A stretch of DNA of 64,000 nt, from positions 1,247-65,246 of the forward strand of contig JBJXGK010000076.1 in NCBI GenBank assembly GCA_046153705.1, in the 5' to 3' direction. The translations under genes and the position numbers were made by a program. Source of the DNA: Gemmatimonadaceae bacterium. Lineage in GTDB: Bacteria; Gemmatimonadota; Gemmatimonadetes; Gemmatimonadales; Gemmatimonadaceae. Shown piece after piece: positions 8,313-18,249 of the stretch. The notes beneath the pieces are model-generated. The model was given only the letters and a program-made list of their open reading frames with translations. It did no database searches and was not told the DNA's origin. The number at the start of each line of letters is the position of its first letter. The stretch's first letter is position 1.

Positions 8313-10082
8313 ATGACCGCCTCGCCCAACACCCCGCATCTCGCCGACCCGGATACCAACCCCTCGTTCACGCGCGGAGTATTCCAGGGAGAGATCCGCG
8401 AAGACCTCGTCTTCCCGTTCCCGGAACCGAGCACCGAGGAGCGCGAGTCCCTCGCACAGATCCTCGATGCGTTCAGGAGCTGGGCCAAGGACACGCTCGA
8501 CTCGGCGCAACTCGACCGCGACGGCAGGTTCCCCGATGCCGTACGGCACGGCATGGCCGAACTCGGGCTCATGGGCCTCAACATCCCCGAGGCATACGGC
8601 GGGTTCGGCGCCTCGACGATGGTGTTCACGCGCGTGTTCGGCGAGATCGGCGCCCATGACGCCGCCCTCGCCGTGTACTTCGGCGCGCACCAGAGCATCG
8701 GCATCAAGGGCATCATCCTCTTCGGCACCGAGGAGCAGAAGCAGGAGTGGCTGCCCCGTTGCGCGAGCGGCGAGCTGATCGGCGCATTCTGCCTCACCGA
8801 GCCGGGCTCCGGCTCTGACGCGCAGGCGATGCTGACCACCGCGGTGCCCTCCGGCGACGACTACGTGCTCAACGGCACGAAGATCTGGATCTCCAACGCC
8901 GGCTACGCGGGAGTGCTCACCGTCTTCGCGAAGGTGCCGGTCACCGTCGATGGCAAGGAGAAGCAGCGCGTCACGGCGTTCATCGTCGATGCGCACGCGC
9001 CCGGCATCTCACTCGGCAAGATCGAGGAGAAGATGGGCATCAAGGCCAGCGACACGCGCAGCGTGACCTTCGACAACGTGCGCGTGCCCAGGAAGAACCT
9101 GTTGGGCGAGGTGGGCGGTGGCTTCAAGATCGCGCTGGAGATCCTCAACTCCGGGCGACTCGGCCTCTCGGCGGGCTCATCGCGTGGCACGCGCATGATG
9201 ATGAAGACGGCGATCGAGTACGCGAAGCAGCGCGAGCAGTTCGGGCGGCCCATCGGCTCGTTCGAGATGATCCAGCGCAAGATCGCGATGGCGGCGGCAG
9301 ACTGTTACGCCGCCGACGCGGGCTGGATGCTCTGCGCCGGCATGGTCGACAAGGGCGGCGTCGACTTCTCGCTCGAGACCGCGGCATGCAAGATCTACGC
9401 GTCGGAGCTCGCCTTCCGCACCGCCAACGAGGCGCTGCAGATCGCCGGCGGCATCGGGTACTCCAAGGAGTATCCGTATGAGCGCGCAGTGCGTGACTCG
9501 CGCATCAACCTCATCTTCGAAGGCACCAACGAGATCCTGCGCGCGCTCATCGCCCTCATGGGTCTGCAGCAGCCCGGCGAAGAACTCAAGGCGGTGGGCA
9601 AGGCGTTCAAGGATCCGCTCCATTCCATCGGCGCGATCTCGAGCTATCTCACCGGCCGCGTGAAGCGCACGCTGGTGAAGCCGGAGTTCACCAAGGTGCA
9701 CGAACTCCTCGCCGACGAAGCCGATCTGGTCGCCGACAACATCCACGGGCTCGCGATGGCTGTCGAGAAGGCGCTGATCGAACACGGCAAGGCGATCATC
9801 GAGCGCCAGATGCTGCAGGAGCGCATGGCGAACGCGGCGATCGACATCTACCTGTCGACGGCGGTGCTCGCGCGGGTGACCGCCGCCATCAAGAAGCACG
9901 GTGAGACCGGCGCTGCCGCGGACCTCGAAGCGGCGCGGCTCTTCATCCCCACGTCGATGCGCCGCACGCGCCGCGCCATCCGGGCACTCGAGCGCAACTC
10001 GGACGACACCGTGCGCGCCATCGCGCAGCGCGCGCTCGACACCGGCGACCTCACCGTTCCCACACCCACCGACGTTCCGTGA
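8313..10082 (+). CDS. Acyl-CoA dehydrogenase, long VLCAD/ACAD9-like form
   Basis: AFCLTEPGSGSDA, NGTKIWISN, EKMGIKASDT, LQIAGGIGY and RINLIFEGTNEI, plus a C-terminal extension. Confidence 0.93.
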   Translation: MTASPNTPHLADPDTNPSFTRGVFQGEIREDLVFPFPEPSTEERESLAQILDAFRSWAKDTLDSAQLDRDGRFPDAVRHGMAELGLMGLNIPEAYGGFGASTMVFTRVFGEIGAHDAALAVYFGAHQSIGIKGIILFGTEEQKQEWLPRCASGELIGAFCLTEPGSGSDAQAMLTTAVPSGDDYVLNGTKIWISNAGYAGVLTVFAKVPVTVDGKEKQRVTAFIVDAHAPGISLGKIEEKMGIKASDTRSVTFDNVRVPRKNLLGEVGGGFKIALEILNSGRLGLSAGSSRGTRMMMKTAIEYAKQREQFGRPIGSFEMIQRKIAMAAADCYAADAGWMLCAGMVDKGGVDFSLETAACKIYASELAFRTANEALQIAGGIGYSKEYPYERAVRDSRINLIFEGTNEILRALIALMGLQQPGEELKAVGKAFKDPLHSIGAISSYLTGRVKRTLVKPEFTKVHELLADEADLVADNIHGLAMAVEKALIEHGKAIIERQMLQERMANAAIDIYLSTAVLARVTAAIKKHGETGAAADLEAARLFIPTSMRRTRRAIRALERNSDDTVRAIAQRALDTGDLTVPTPTDVP

Positions 10083-12016
10083 CCGTCATCTCCTGCTCCA
10101 ACGTCGGCATCTCGTTCGGCGCGACAGAACTCCTGAAGGACGTCACCTTCACCGTCGGCGACGGCGACCGCTGGGGCATCATCGGGCGCAATGGCGCGGG
10201 AAAGTCATCGCTGTTCAAGATCTTCATCGGTGACCTCAAGCCCACGGCGGGCACCGTCGCGCGCCGCCCCGGCTTGCGGCTCGCGCTGCTCGACCAACAC
10301 CGGGCGTTCGAAGGGGCGACCACCGTCTGGCAGGCTGCCGCCGCCGCGTGGAAGGAAGTGATCGCGCTCGAACAGAGCATCGGCGAGCAGGCGATCCAAC
10401 TCGGTGAACTCGGCGAGAAGGTCACCGACGAGTTCCTCGAACGCTTCGGTCACGACCAGGAGCGCTTCGCGGACCTCGGTGGATACATCTACCACGCTCG
10501 CGTCGACGCCGTGCTCCAAGGCCTCGGCTTCGATGCCGAGGAGTCCAAGACGCGGCTCGTCTCGTCGCTCTCGGGCGGCGAACGCGGTCGCGTCGGTCTG
10601 GCGGCGCAGCTCATCGCGCCCGCCGACCTCCTGCTGCTCGACGAACCGACCAACCACCTCGACCTCGACACCACCACCTGGCTCCAGGACTGGCTGCGCG
10701 ATGCCAACGAGACGGTGATCGTGGTCTCGCACGACCGCGCCTTCCTCGACGCGATCTGCACGCACATCCTGCACATCGAAGCACGGTCGAGCGAGTGGTA
10801 CAAGGGCAACTACAGCCAGTTCGTCCCGCAGCGCGCCGAACGTCAGCTCACGCGCGAGCGCGCGTTGCAGAAGCAGATCGCGTTCGTGAAGAAGGAAGAG
10901 GAGTACATCCGACGGAATCTCGCTGGTGTGAACTCCTTCCAGGCGAAGGGCAAACGCAAACGACTGGAGCGACTGCCACGTTTGGCGCCACCGCCCGGCG
11001 ATCCGGCAGCCATGAGCCTCCGCTTCGAGCCTGCGGAGCGAGGGGGCGATCAGGTGGTGGCCATCAAGGGCCTCCGCGTCGAAGTCCCCGACCGCGTGCT
11101 GGTCGAGGACTTCACGGCGGTGCTCCGGCGCAACGACTTCGTGGCGCTCGTCGGACCGAACGGTGCGGGCAAGAGCTCGTTCATCTCGACGATCCTCGGC
11201 GATCGGAAGGCGGCAGCGGGAGAATCGCGCATCGGCGGGTCGATCGTCCCGGCGTGGTTCCGTCAGGATCTCGCCGACCTGCCGCTGCGGAAGTCGCTCA
11301 TGGACGCGATCCTCGACCAGCGTCCGCTGTGGAGTCGCGGCGCGGTCCAGAACCACCTCGGTGCCTTCGGGTTCTCCGGTGACGAGGTCTTCCGCGAGAT
11401 CGGTACGCTCTCAGGCGGCGAACGCGCCCGCATGGCGATGGCACTGATCTGCCTTGCACACGCGAACCTGCTGGTGCTCGACGAACCGACGAACCATCTC
11501 GATGTCGAGAACATCGAAGCGCTCGAGGACGCACTCGAGGAGTACGATGGCACCGTGCTCCTGGTGAGCCACGACCGCGCCTTCCTGCGCGAGGTCGCCA
11601 CGCGTGTGTGGGCCTTCGACGGGTCACGCCTGGTCGACTTCGACGGCCCGTTCGTCGACTGGGAAGCCGATCGCGCCTCGAAGGCGCAGAAGGCCTCACG
11701 GGCCGAGCTCGACGCCGCCGACGCCCGGAAGAAGGCCGAGAAGGAACGCGCGAAGAAGAACGCCGCTGCGCAGGACGACGATCACGCGGCGCGGCGCGCG
11801 CAGAAGCGCGCCGCCGACGACGCCGAGAAAGCGGTCGCGCGGCACGAAGCGAAAGTCAAAGATCTCGAAGGCCAGCTCGCCGACGCCGATCTCTACGACG
11901 GCTCGCCGGCGAACGCGAAGAAGGCCGCGCAGCTGGATCAGGCGCTCGCGCGGGCGCGCAAGGAACTCGATGCCGCGATGGCCGCCTGGTCCGACGCGGT
12001 GGAGTCGGCCCGGTAA
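10079..12016 (+). CDS. ABC-F family ATPase (Uup-like) with a C-terminal coiled coil
   Basis: Two ABC domains (GRNGAGKS/LSGGE/LLLDEPTNHLD and GPNGAGKS/LSGGE/LDEPTNHLD), no TM segments; GTGA overlap with the acyl-CoA dehydrogenase gene. Confidence 0.93.
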   Translation: MTVISCSNVGISFGATELLKDVTFTVGDGDRWGIIGRNGAGKSSLFKIFIGDLKPTAGTVARRPGLRLALLDQHRAFEGATTVWQAAAAAWKEVIALEQSIGEQAIQLGELGEKVTDEFLERFGHDQERFADLGGYIYHARVDAVLQGLGFDAEESKTRLVSSLSGGERGRVGLAAQLIAPADLLLLDEPTNHLDLDTTTWLQDWLRDANETVIVVSHDRAFLDAICTHILHIEARSSEWYKGNYSQFVPQRAERQLTRERALQKQIAFVKKEEEYIRRNLAGVNSFQAKGKRKRLERLPRLAPPPGDPAAMSLRFEPAERGGDQVVAIKGLRVEVPDRVLVEDFTAVLRRNDFVALVGPNGAGKSSFISTILGDRKAAAGESRIGGSIVPAWFRQDLADLPLRKSLMDAILDQRPLWSRGAVQNHLGAFGFSGDEVFREIGTLSGGERARMAMALICLAHANLLVLDEPTNHLDVENIEALEDALEEYDGTVLLVSHDRAFLREVATRVWAFDGSRLVDFDGPFVDWEADRASKAQKASRAELDAADARKKAEKERAKKNAAAQDDDHAARRAQKRAADDAEKAVARHEAKVKDLEGQLADADLYDGSPANAKKAAQLDQALARARKELDAAMAAWSDAVESAR

Positions 12017-12019
12017 CGC

Positions 12020-12487
12020 CTAGGACGCTTCGGGGCGGAGTTTGTGGTACGCCCCGAGCGCCTGCTTCAACGCCAGGCGCGCGGACATCTCGAGTTCGAA
12101 CTCGACATTGATCTCGTTGAGCTGCTCCGCGCCGTGCTTCTTGAGTCGTGTCGCGATCGCATCGTTCTGCGCGTGCCGACGGCAGTACTCGCGACTCGCC
12201 ATCCACAGGGCATTGGCCGCGTGCCACAGTTCCGCATCGACCTTCCCAGGCCCGGCCGCCGCGGTCGACTCGTAGCGCGTCGTCGCGTCGGCGAGCAGAC
12301 GGTCGCAGAGATCGACCACTTCCGCGACACCGCCCAGCTCCGTGTCGTCGAGTCCATGCCCGAGCACGCGCTGGAGACGACCGTGTTGATGACAGCTCTC
12401 ATGCGCGGCACGGTACAGTGCGTCCGCTGCATCACGGACAGGTGTCGCCGAGGGCTTCGGCGGACGGACGGTTGCTTTGGACGGCAT
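12020..12487 (-). CDS. Hypothetical all-helical protein (about 155 aa)
   Basis: Protein-like composition from ATG 12487 (MPSKATVR...); fills the gap between the ABC-F and methyltransferase genes. Confidence 0.7.
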   Translation of the reverse strand: MPSKATVRPPKPSATPVRDAADALYRAAHESCHQHGRLQRVLGHGLDDTELGGVAEVVDLCDRLLADATTRYESTAAAGPGKVDAELWHAANALWMASREYCRRHAQNDAIATRLKKHGAEQLNEINVEFELEMSARLALKQALGAYHKLRPEAS

Positions 12488-12564
12488 CAGGCTGGAACCG
12501 GTATGGGGGATGTCTGAACTCTGGTCAGACGGGCGTGCGCGGCGCAAGGCAACACGCCGATTCC

Positions 12565-13323
12565 CTACCGGAGCTCTCCCGCGCGGATCGCGATCGGCCA
12601 GCGGATCGTGCGACGCGGCGTCGTCGCCCACGCTTCAGCGAGCGTCCGTTCGAAGCGGCGGATCGCCTCGTCTCCGCGCTGCGCGATGTAACGCTGCGTC
12701 GCCGACCACGAACGCAGGTAGCCGGTGAACGCTGCGAGCGACCAGTCCTCGTACATCTCGAACGGCGGTGGCGCGAGTTCATCGACCGGCAGGGCGAGCG
12801 TGCGGTACCCATCCAGCAGCTGCTCGCGCCCCGGTGGCCAGTGCGCGCCGAGCGTGACGTCGTGATGGTGACGCACCACGGCGTCGATCTCCGGGGTGAC
12901 CGCGCTGTGTTGGTAAGCGAACGCCGCGAGGACGGCGCCCGGTTGCCGAACGCGTTTCACCTCCTTGAGGAACTGCGGGAGGTCGAACCAATGCAGCGCC
13001 TGTCCGACGGTGATCAGCTGCACCGATCCGTCGCCGAGCGCGGTGTCGTAGCTCGCAACGCGATACTCGATGCGCGGATGCGTGAGCGCCTGGGCGACCT
13101 GCTCGGCACTCGCATCGGTCGCATGCACGCGGGAGAACCGCGTCACGAGACCGGTCGCGACCTGACCGTTCCCCGTCCCCGCGTCCCACGCGAGCGCGGT
13201 GCCCGGCGCCACGACGGCCAACCAATGGAACAACGCGACCGGATACCGCGGTCGATGCTTCGCATACATCGCCGCGTGCGCCGAGAAGTGGTCGGCGAAC
13301 GCGGCGCTCTCGCGATTCCTCAC
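12565..13323 (-). CDS. Class I SAM-dependent methyltransferase
   Basis: YAKHRPRYP, WDAGTGNGQ (motif I) and ITVGQALHWFD. Confidence 0.9.
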   Translation of the reverse strand: MRNRESAAFADHFSAHAAMYAKHRPRYPVALFHWLAVVAPGTALAWDAGTGNGQVATGLVTRFSRVHATDASAEQVAQALTHPRIEYRVASYDTALGDGSVQLITVGQALHWFDLPQFLKEVKRVRQPGAVLAAFAYQHSAVTPEIDAVVRHHHDVTLGAHWPPGREQLLDGYRTLALPVDELAPPPFEMYEDWSLAAFTGYLRSWSATQRYIAQRGDEAIRRFERTLAEAWATTPRRTIRWPIAIRAGELR

Positions 13324-14216
13324 GGGGTCGTGTCGTCAGCGACGAATGCGATGCGGTCACCGGTGGGGCTGAGCGCGAGGCGGGACATCCCCTTCACCCC
13401 CAACTCCGCGAAGTCGGCCAGCACGTCCCAGCGCTCACCGACGCGGATCATCAGTCGGGTACCCGAGGTCGCTATCAGTTGGCCACTGGGTGTCCACACG
13501 TGGTACTCTCCGCGCTCCGGCACCGGCGCGATGCGCCGGATGCCGTTGGTGCGCACATCGACCTCGGAGATCCATGTCGTATCGCGCCCCATCTGCACGA
13601 AGGTGAAGGCGTCGCGGCCCGGCACACGTGCCAACGCGCGCCCGATCCCGCGCGCGAGGGTGTCGGCCCGCTCGGTCCGCGGGTCGACGAGGACCAACGC
13701 ATTCGGGTCGCGCGGCGCCGTCCGCGGAGCCAGCACGAAGGTACCGAGGCGCGCCTCGCTCACCCAGACGTGGTACCCGACCGGACGGAGCGCCGTGAGC
13801 ACGAGCGACGGCGAACCGCCGTCCCACGGGAACTGCCACAGCCGCTGCGTGGAGTCGGCTTCGACGCGGATCACCGAGAAGCCACGCCCGTTCGGCGTCG
13901 GTGTCGCGGAGTACTCACTCTCGGGTGTGGACGTGAGGCGTGTGTGCGCCCCACCGCTCACACTCACACGCCAGATATCCGCCTGCGCGTCCTCGCGCGT
14001 GCTGGTGAACATCACGGCGCGACCGTCGGGGGTGAACGCGGGTTGGTTGTCGTAGCCGGCGCGGCGCGTGACGTTCATCGGGCGACCGATGCTGACGTGC
14101 GTGCCCACTTCGCGGAACGTCGCCACCCAGACGTCGGTGCCGCCCTGCGCCCGCGCAGGGCACGCAGTGGCCGTGAGCAACAGCCCCACGACCGTGCCCG
14201 TGGTGAAGGCCTTCAT
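13320..14216 (-). CDS. Secreted TolB-like (PD40 repeat) beta-propeller protein
   Basis: Signal peptide (MKAFTTGTVVGLLL...ARA), YDNQPAFTPDG, SEYSATPTPNG and LALSPTGDRIAFV. Start could instead be 14231 or 14243. Confidence 0.85.
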   Translation of the reverse strand: MKAFTTGTVVGLLLTATACPARAQGGTDVWVATFREVGTHVSIGRPMNVTRRAGYDNQPAFTPDGRAVMFTSTREDAQADIWRVSVSGGAHTRLTSTPESEYSATPTPNGRGFSVIRVEADSTQRLWQFPWDGGSPSLVLTALRPVGYHVWVSEARLGTFVLAPRTAPRDPNALVLVDPRTERADTLARGIGRALARVPGRDAFTFVQMGRDTTWISEVDVRTNGIRRIAPVPERGEYHVWTPSGQLIATSGTRLMIRVGERWDVLADFAELGVKGMSRLALSPTGDRIAFVADDTTP

Positions 14217-14259
14217 CACTTTCGTCTCCATCGCGCGCTCCATCGGCCTCGTGGCCGCA

Positions 14260-15576
14260 TCACCCCTGCGCCGGCAGCACCGCTCCACGGCATTCGCCGA
14301 AGCCGATGCGTCGACGTCCGTCGCCCTCACACCACCCGCGAACGATCACCTCATCGCCATCAGCGAGGAAGCTGCGCTGCTCCCCGTTGGGCAGCAATAC
14401 CGGCTCCGTGCCGCGCCATCCCAGCTCCAACAGACAGCCTCGTGCCTCGCGGGTCGGCCCCGACACGGTGCCGCTCGCGAGCAGGTCACCCGGGCGCAGG
14501 TCGCATCCGTTGCTCGCATGATGCGTGACCATCTGCGCCATGGTCCAGTACATCCGCTCGAACTCGCCATGACTCAGTCGCACCGCTTCCGCGCCCTGCG
14601 CCCGCATGGTCGCCGTGCGCAACCACACTTCGAGCGTGATGTCGAACGCACCACGCGTACGATCCTGATCATGCACCAAGTACGGCAACAGCGTCGGGTC
14701 GTCGCTAGCGCGCGCACGCGCGGGCACCCGGAACGGCTCCAACGCATCCAGCGTCACGACCCACGGCGAGATGCTGGTGGCGAAGTTCTTCGCGAGGAAC
14801 GGGCCGAGTGGCTGATACTCCCAGGTCTGCAGGTCGCGCGCCGACCAGTCGTTCACCAATACCAGCCCGGCGACATGCGACTCGGCGTCCGCCAGGGGGA
14901 TGCGCGAACCCAAGGCGTTGCCGGCCCCGATGATCGCGCCCACTTCCAACTCGTAGTCCATCCGCGCGCTCGGCCCCCATACGGGCGGGCCGGCCGGCGC
15001 AGCGCTCGTCTGGCCGTGAGGCCGACGTACATCGGTGCCGCTGACGACCACCGACGAGGCGCGACCGTGATAGCCGATCGGCAGATGCTTGTAGTTGGGC
15101 AGCAACGGATTGTCAGGGCGGAACATCGAGCCGACGTTGGTCGCGTGATCGATCGACGCGTAGAAGTCGGTGTAGTCGCCGATCGTCGTCGGCAGCATCA
15201 TGGTCGCCCCGGCGCGCGGCAGGAGCAGCGCGCTGTCCTGCTGCGCACGCGCACCCTCGGCGGTATCGGCGCGAAGGAGTGCGCTCAAGCGGACGCGCAG
15301 GGCATACTGCGCCGCACGTCCGAGCGCGAACACGGCATTGAGCGACCGCTCCCCGAGCGCCGCCGCGATGGTCGGTTCGAGCGCCCCGAAGTACCCGCGG
15401 TCACGGGCGGCGACGAGGTCGAGGATGCGGTCACCGATCGCCACACCGATGCGGGGCGCGCCGTCGCGCAGAAAGACGCCGAACGGCAGGTTCTGCACGG
15501 GGAAGTCTGCACCGTCCGTGTTCGCCGACTCCACCCAGGAACGGAGGGCGACGTCGTGTGTGATATCGATTGGCAT
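14260..15576 (-). CDS. fahA: Fumarylacetoacetase
   Basis: DFPVQNLPFG, IGDYTDFYAS..HATNVG, PIGYHGRASS, DYELE, NDWSARDLQ.WEYQPLGPFLAKNF and GSGTVSG-like ASGTVSG. Confidence 0.96.
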   Translation of the reverse strand: MPIDITHDVALRSWVESANTDGADFPVQNLPFGVFLRDGAPRIGVAIGDRILDLVAARDRGYFGALEPTIAAALGERSLNAVFALGRAAQYALRVRLSALLRADTAEGARAQQDSALLLPRAGATMMLPTTIGDYTDFYASIDHATNVGSMFRPDNPLLPNYKHLPIGYHGRASSVVVSGTDVRRPHGQTSAAPAGPPVWGPSARMDYELEVGAIIGAGNALGSRIPLADAESHVAGLVLVNDWSARDLQTWEYQPLGPFLAKNFATSISPWVVTLDALEPFRVPARARASDDPTLLPYLVHDQDRTRGAFDITLEVWLRTATMRAQGAEAVRLSHGEFERMYWTMAQMVTHHASNGCDLRPGDLLASGTVSGPTREARGCLLELGWRGTEPVLLPNGEQRSFLADGDEVIVRGWCEGDGRRRIGFGECRGAVLPAQG

Positions 15577-15577
15577 G

Positions 15578-16465
15578 TCAGAGCAACCGGAGCGAGTGGA
15601 GGTCCTCGACGGGTTCGGCGAACGAGCACGAACCGAACGAGGCCGCGAGCACCGTGCGCGCGGCGGCGAGTTGCGCGGTGGTCACGGTGAATCCGCGCCA
15701 GGTGAGCCCCGAGGGTGCGACTACCAATGACGCGGCATCACGTTCCTCGAGCAGCGGCGCGATCGCTGCCGCAGGATGCCCGGCACGCAACATCGCCGCG
15801 GTGAGGAAGATGTTCATGAACCCGTACATCGTCCCATGCGGCGCATCCGCCGCGTACGTGAGTCGATACTCGCCGCGCAGCGGATGATGCAACCCCGCAG
15901 TGGCCTTGAACGGCACTCCCATCTCCACGCACGCCGCGAGGAACCGCATCACTTCGGCAGGTGCCGGGAACGCATCGGCGGTCACTCCGCCGGTGCGGAT
16001 CTTCGCGCGCAGACCGACCACCGCGAGCGCCGAGAGGAACGGCGTCGGGTCGCTGCGCACCGGGACCTCGACGTACACCGTGTAGTGCGCTCCGAGCGCG
16101 GCGGCGATCGCCGGGATCTGTTCCGGCGACTCGGCCTTGGCCTCGATGGTATCGACCACCAGCGTCCCACCGTGTCGCGCGACGAACGCACGCAGCGTCG
16201 CGGCATCCGCCGCGCCGGCGATCACCGCCACCCGCCACGGGCGTGACGCGGAGGGGCGACGCGCTCCCAACCCGGCGACCGCTGCGGCCAGTTCATCGAG
16301 CCGCGCCAGCGGCACGATGAACCGTCCCAACATCCTGCGCTCGGGACCGGAGATGTACTGCGCGTGATTCGAGACCGCGTCCGACATCGACAGCGCCGCG
16401 GGCGGGAAGAGCCCCGCGTAGTCGATCAGCTCGCCGAGCAGCGTCTCCAGCGCGACAGCGCCCAC
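15578..16465 (-). CDS. Uncharacterised enzyme-like protein (LIDYAGLFPP ... KATAGLHHP ... SFGSCSF.EP)
   Basis: 295-aa ORF abutting terC (0 nt) and fahA (1 nt), with Gly/His/Lys-rich motif-like segments. Confidence 0.8.
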   Translation of the reverse strand: MGAVALETLLGELIDYAGLFPPAALSMSDAVSNHAQYISGPERRMLGRFIVPLARLDELAAAVAGLGARRPSASRPWRVAVIAGAADAATLRAFVARHGGTLVVDTIEAKAESPEQIPAIAAALGAHYTVYVEVPVRSDPTPFLSALAVVGLRAKIRTGGVTADAFPAPAEVMRFLAACVEMGVPFKATAGLHHPLRGEYRLTYAADAPHGTMYGFMNIFLTAAMLRAGHPAAAIAPLLEERDAASLVVAPSGLTWRGFTVTTAQLAAARTVLAASFGSCSFAEPVEDLHSLRLL

Positions 16466-17206
16466 TCAGCCCTCCGACGGACCATGCAGCTGCACCGGCG
16501 CCGCCTTCTTGCGCAGGCGGATGTTCAACGTCTCGACACCCACGGAGAATGCCATGGCGAAGTACGTGTACCCCTTCGGGATGTGGTACCCGAATCCTTC
16601 GATGAAGAGGTTGCCGCCGATCATCACGAGGAAGGCGAGCGCCAGGATCTTCACCGTCGGATGACGGTCGACGAACGCCGAGATCGGCGCGGCGGCCGCG
16701 AGCATCACCATGAGCGCGATCACGTTCGCGGCGATCATGACACCGACGTTGGAGACCATGCCGACCGCCGTGATGACCGAATCGATCGAGAACACGATGT
16801 CGACGACCATGATCTGCGAGACAACCGCGAAGAGTGTCACGCGAGCCGCAGTCCCCTGCGACTCCTCATGCCCACCTTCGAGCTTCGAGTGGATCTCGAA
16901 CGTGGCTTTCCCGATGAGGAACAGGCCGCCGATGATCAGGATCAGGTCGCGACCCGAGAACCCGTTGTCCATCACCGTGAACAGCGGACGCTCGAGCCGC
17001 ATGATCCAGGAGATCGACAGCAGGAACAGGATGCGAGTGACCAACGCCCCGGACAGACCGAGCTTCCGTGCCCTCGACTGTTCATCCACCGGCAGTCGCG
17101 ACGCCAGGATCGCGATGAAGATGATGTTGTCGATGCCGAGGACGAGCTCAAGCGCCGTGAGCGTGAGCAGGCCGACGTAGATCTGCGGATCAGTGAGCCA
17201 TTCCAT
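16466..17206 (-). CDS. TerC family integral membrane protein
   Basis: LELVLGIDNIIFI, DIVFSIDSVITAVG and KILALAFLVMIG motifs. Confidence 0.93.
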   Translation of the reverse strand: MEWLTDPQIYVGLLTLTALELVLGIDNIIFIAILASRLPVDEQSRARKLGLSGALVTRILFLLSISWIMRLERPLFTVMDNGFSGRDLILIIGGLFLIGKATFEIHSKLEGGHEESQGTAARVTLFAVVSQIMVVDIVFSIDSVITAVGMVSNVGVMIAANVIALMVMLAAAAPISAFVDRHPTVKILALAFLVMIGGNLFIEGFGYHIPKGYTYFAMAFSVGVETLNIRLRKKAAPVQLHGPSEG

Positions 17207-17261
17207 CGGAGTCAGGATCGAAGGTGGAGCGAAACGACGCGAGGCGGTGTAAGGCGACGCG

Positions 17262-18221
17262 TCAACGCAGTGCGCGGAACGTCAGGGACCATCGTCGAGG
17301 TTCGTTCGGTGCGAGCCAGGTGACCGACTGCCAATCGCCCAACGCGTCCGCATATCGATCGGGCGCCCCGAGCGACGGTGCGAGCGCCAGCGCCGGCGCC
17401 GACTTCCGGGCGAACGCACCGCGCGCACCGTGACGAAGTCCGCCGCGATCGACCGCGACACCGCAGAACGGTACGCCCTCGCCGTCGGTCGTGATGGCCA
17501 GCGTGAGTTCGCCCTCTTGGATTTGCACCGTGGCGCGGCCACCCGTAAGGTCCGCCCACCCCCGCACGATCCGCCCCTTGGGCAGCATCCACGGTGCACT
17601 GAGGTCGAGCACCTTCTTATCCGCCTCGTACCGCGGCCACGGTGTGGTCACCGCGACGGGAATGCGGTCAGCCACCTCCGCGCCAGCGACCCGGAACCGA
17701 CTCGCGTCGGGCAGACGGAGTCGCGTCTGCTTGGAGAGCGGCAGGAGCAGATGCGCGCTCCAGAGGAACGGCAGTCGCTGCTTGGCGAGCGAGACGGCTT
17801 CGTAAGTCGCCTCGACCACGCCGTCGCGCCGCACGATCAAGGTGCGCGTCAGCGTCCACGGCAATGCGTCGCCCCGCCACTGCATGCGAAGGACGTGTCC
17901 CTCGGAGGTCGTCTGCAGGTCTAGCGTGGGACGTTGAAGCCGTGCCTCCCCTCCGCGCGGGACGGTCCGCGCACCCTGCGCCTTCACGACGTCAGGGAGC
18001 GTGCCGCCCCCTGCCGCCGGTGCACACTCGTCCCAGCCACAGCCCGCCTCGACCGGCTCCTGTGCAGTGGGCGCGACCGCTGACGTCGCCGGCAGCAACC
18101 ACTCCCGACCTCCCACCCGGAGCGTGCTCACTCGCCCGCCATGCGAAGGCACAACGGTCACCCGCGCATCGCCGCCCTCGAGTACGATCGTTCCCGGCGC
18201 CCCTGCACGCACGGCCGTCAT
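17262..18221 (-). CDS. Galactose mutarotase-like (aldose 1-epimerase fold) protein
   Basis: VVPSHGGRVSTL...GREWL, GWDECAP and PFLWSAHLL; start refined to ATG 18221. Confidence 0.75.
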   Translation of the reverse strand: MTAVRAGAPGTIVLEGGDARVTVVPSHGGRVSTLRVGGREWLLPATSAVAPTAQEPVEAGCGWDECAPAAGGGTLPDVVKAQGARTVPRGGEARLQRPTLDLQTTSEGHVLRMQWRGDALPWTLTRTLIVRRDGVVEATYEAVSLAKQRLPFLWSAHLLLPLSKQTRLRLPDASRFRVAGAEVADRIPVAVTTPWPRYEADKKVLDLSAPWMLPKGRIVRGWADLTGGRATVQIQEGELTLAITTDGEGVPFCGVAVDRGGLRHGARGAFARKSAPALALAPSLGAPDRYADALGDWQSVTWLAPNEPRRWSLTFRALR

Positions 18222-18249
18222 CGGTACTCGACCTCGCGCAGCGGCGATC

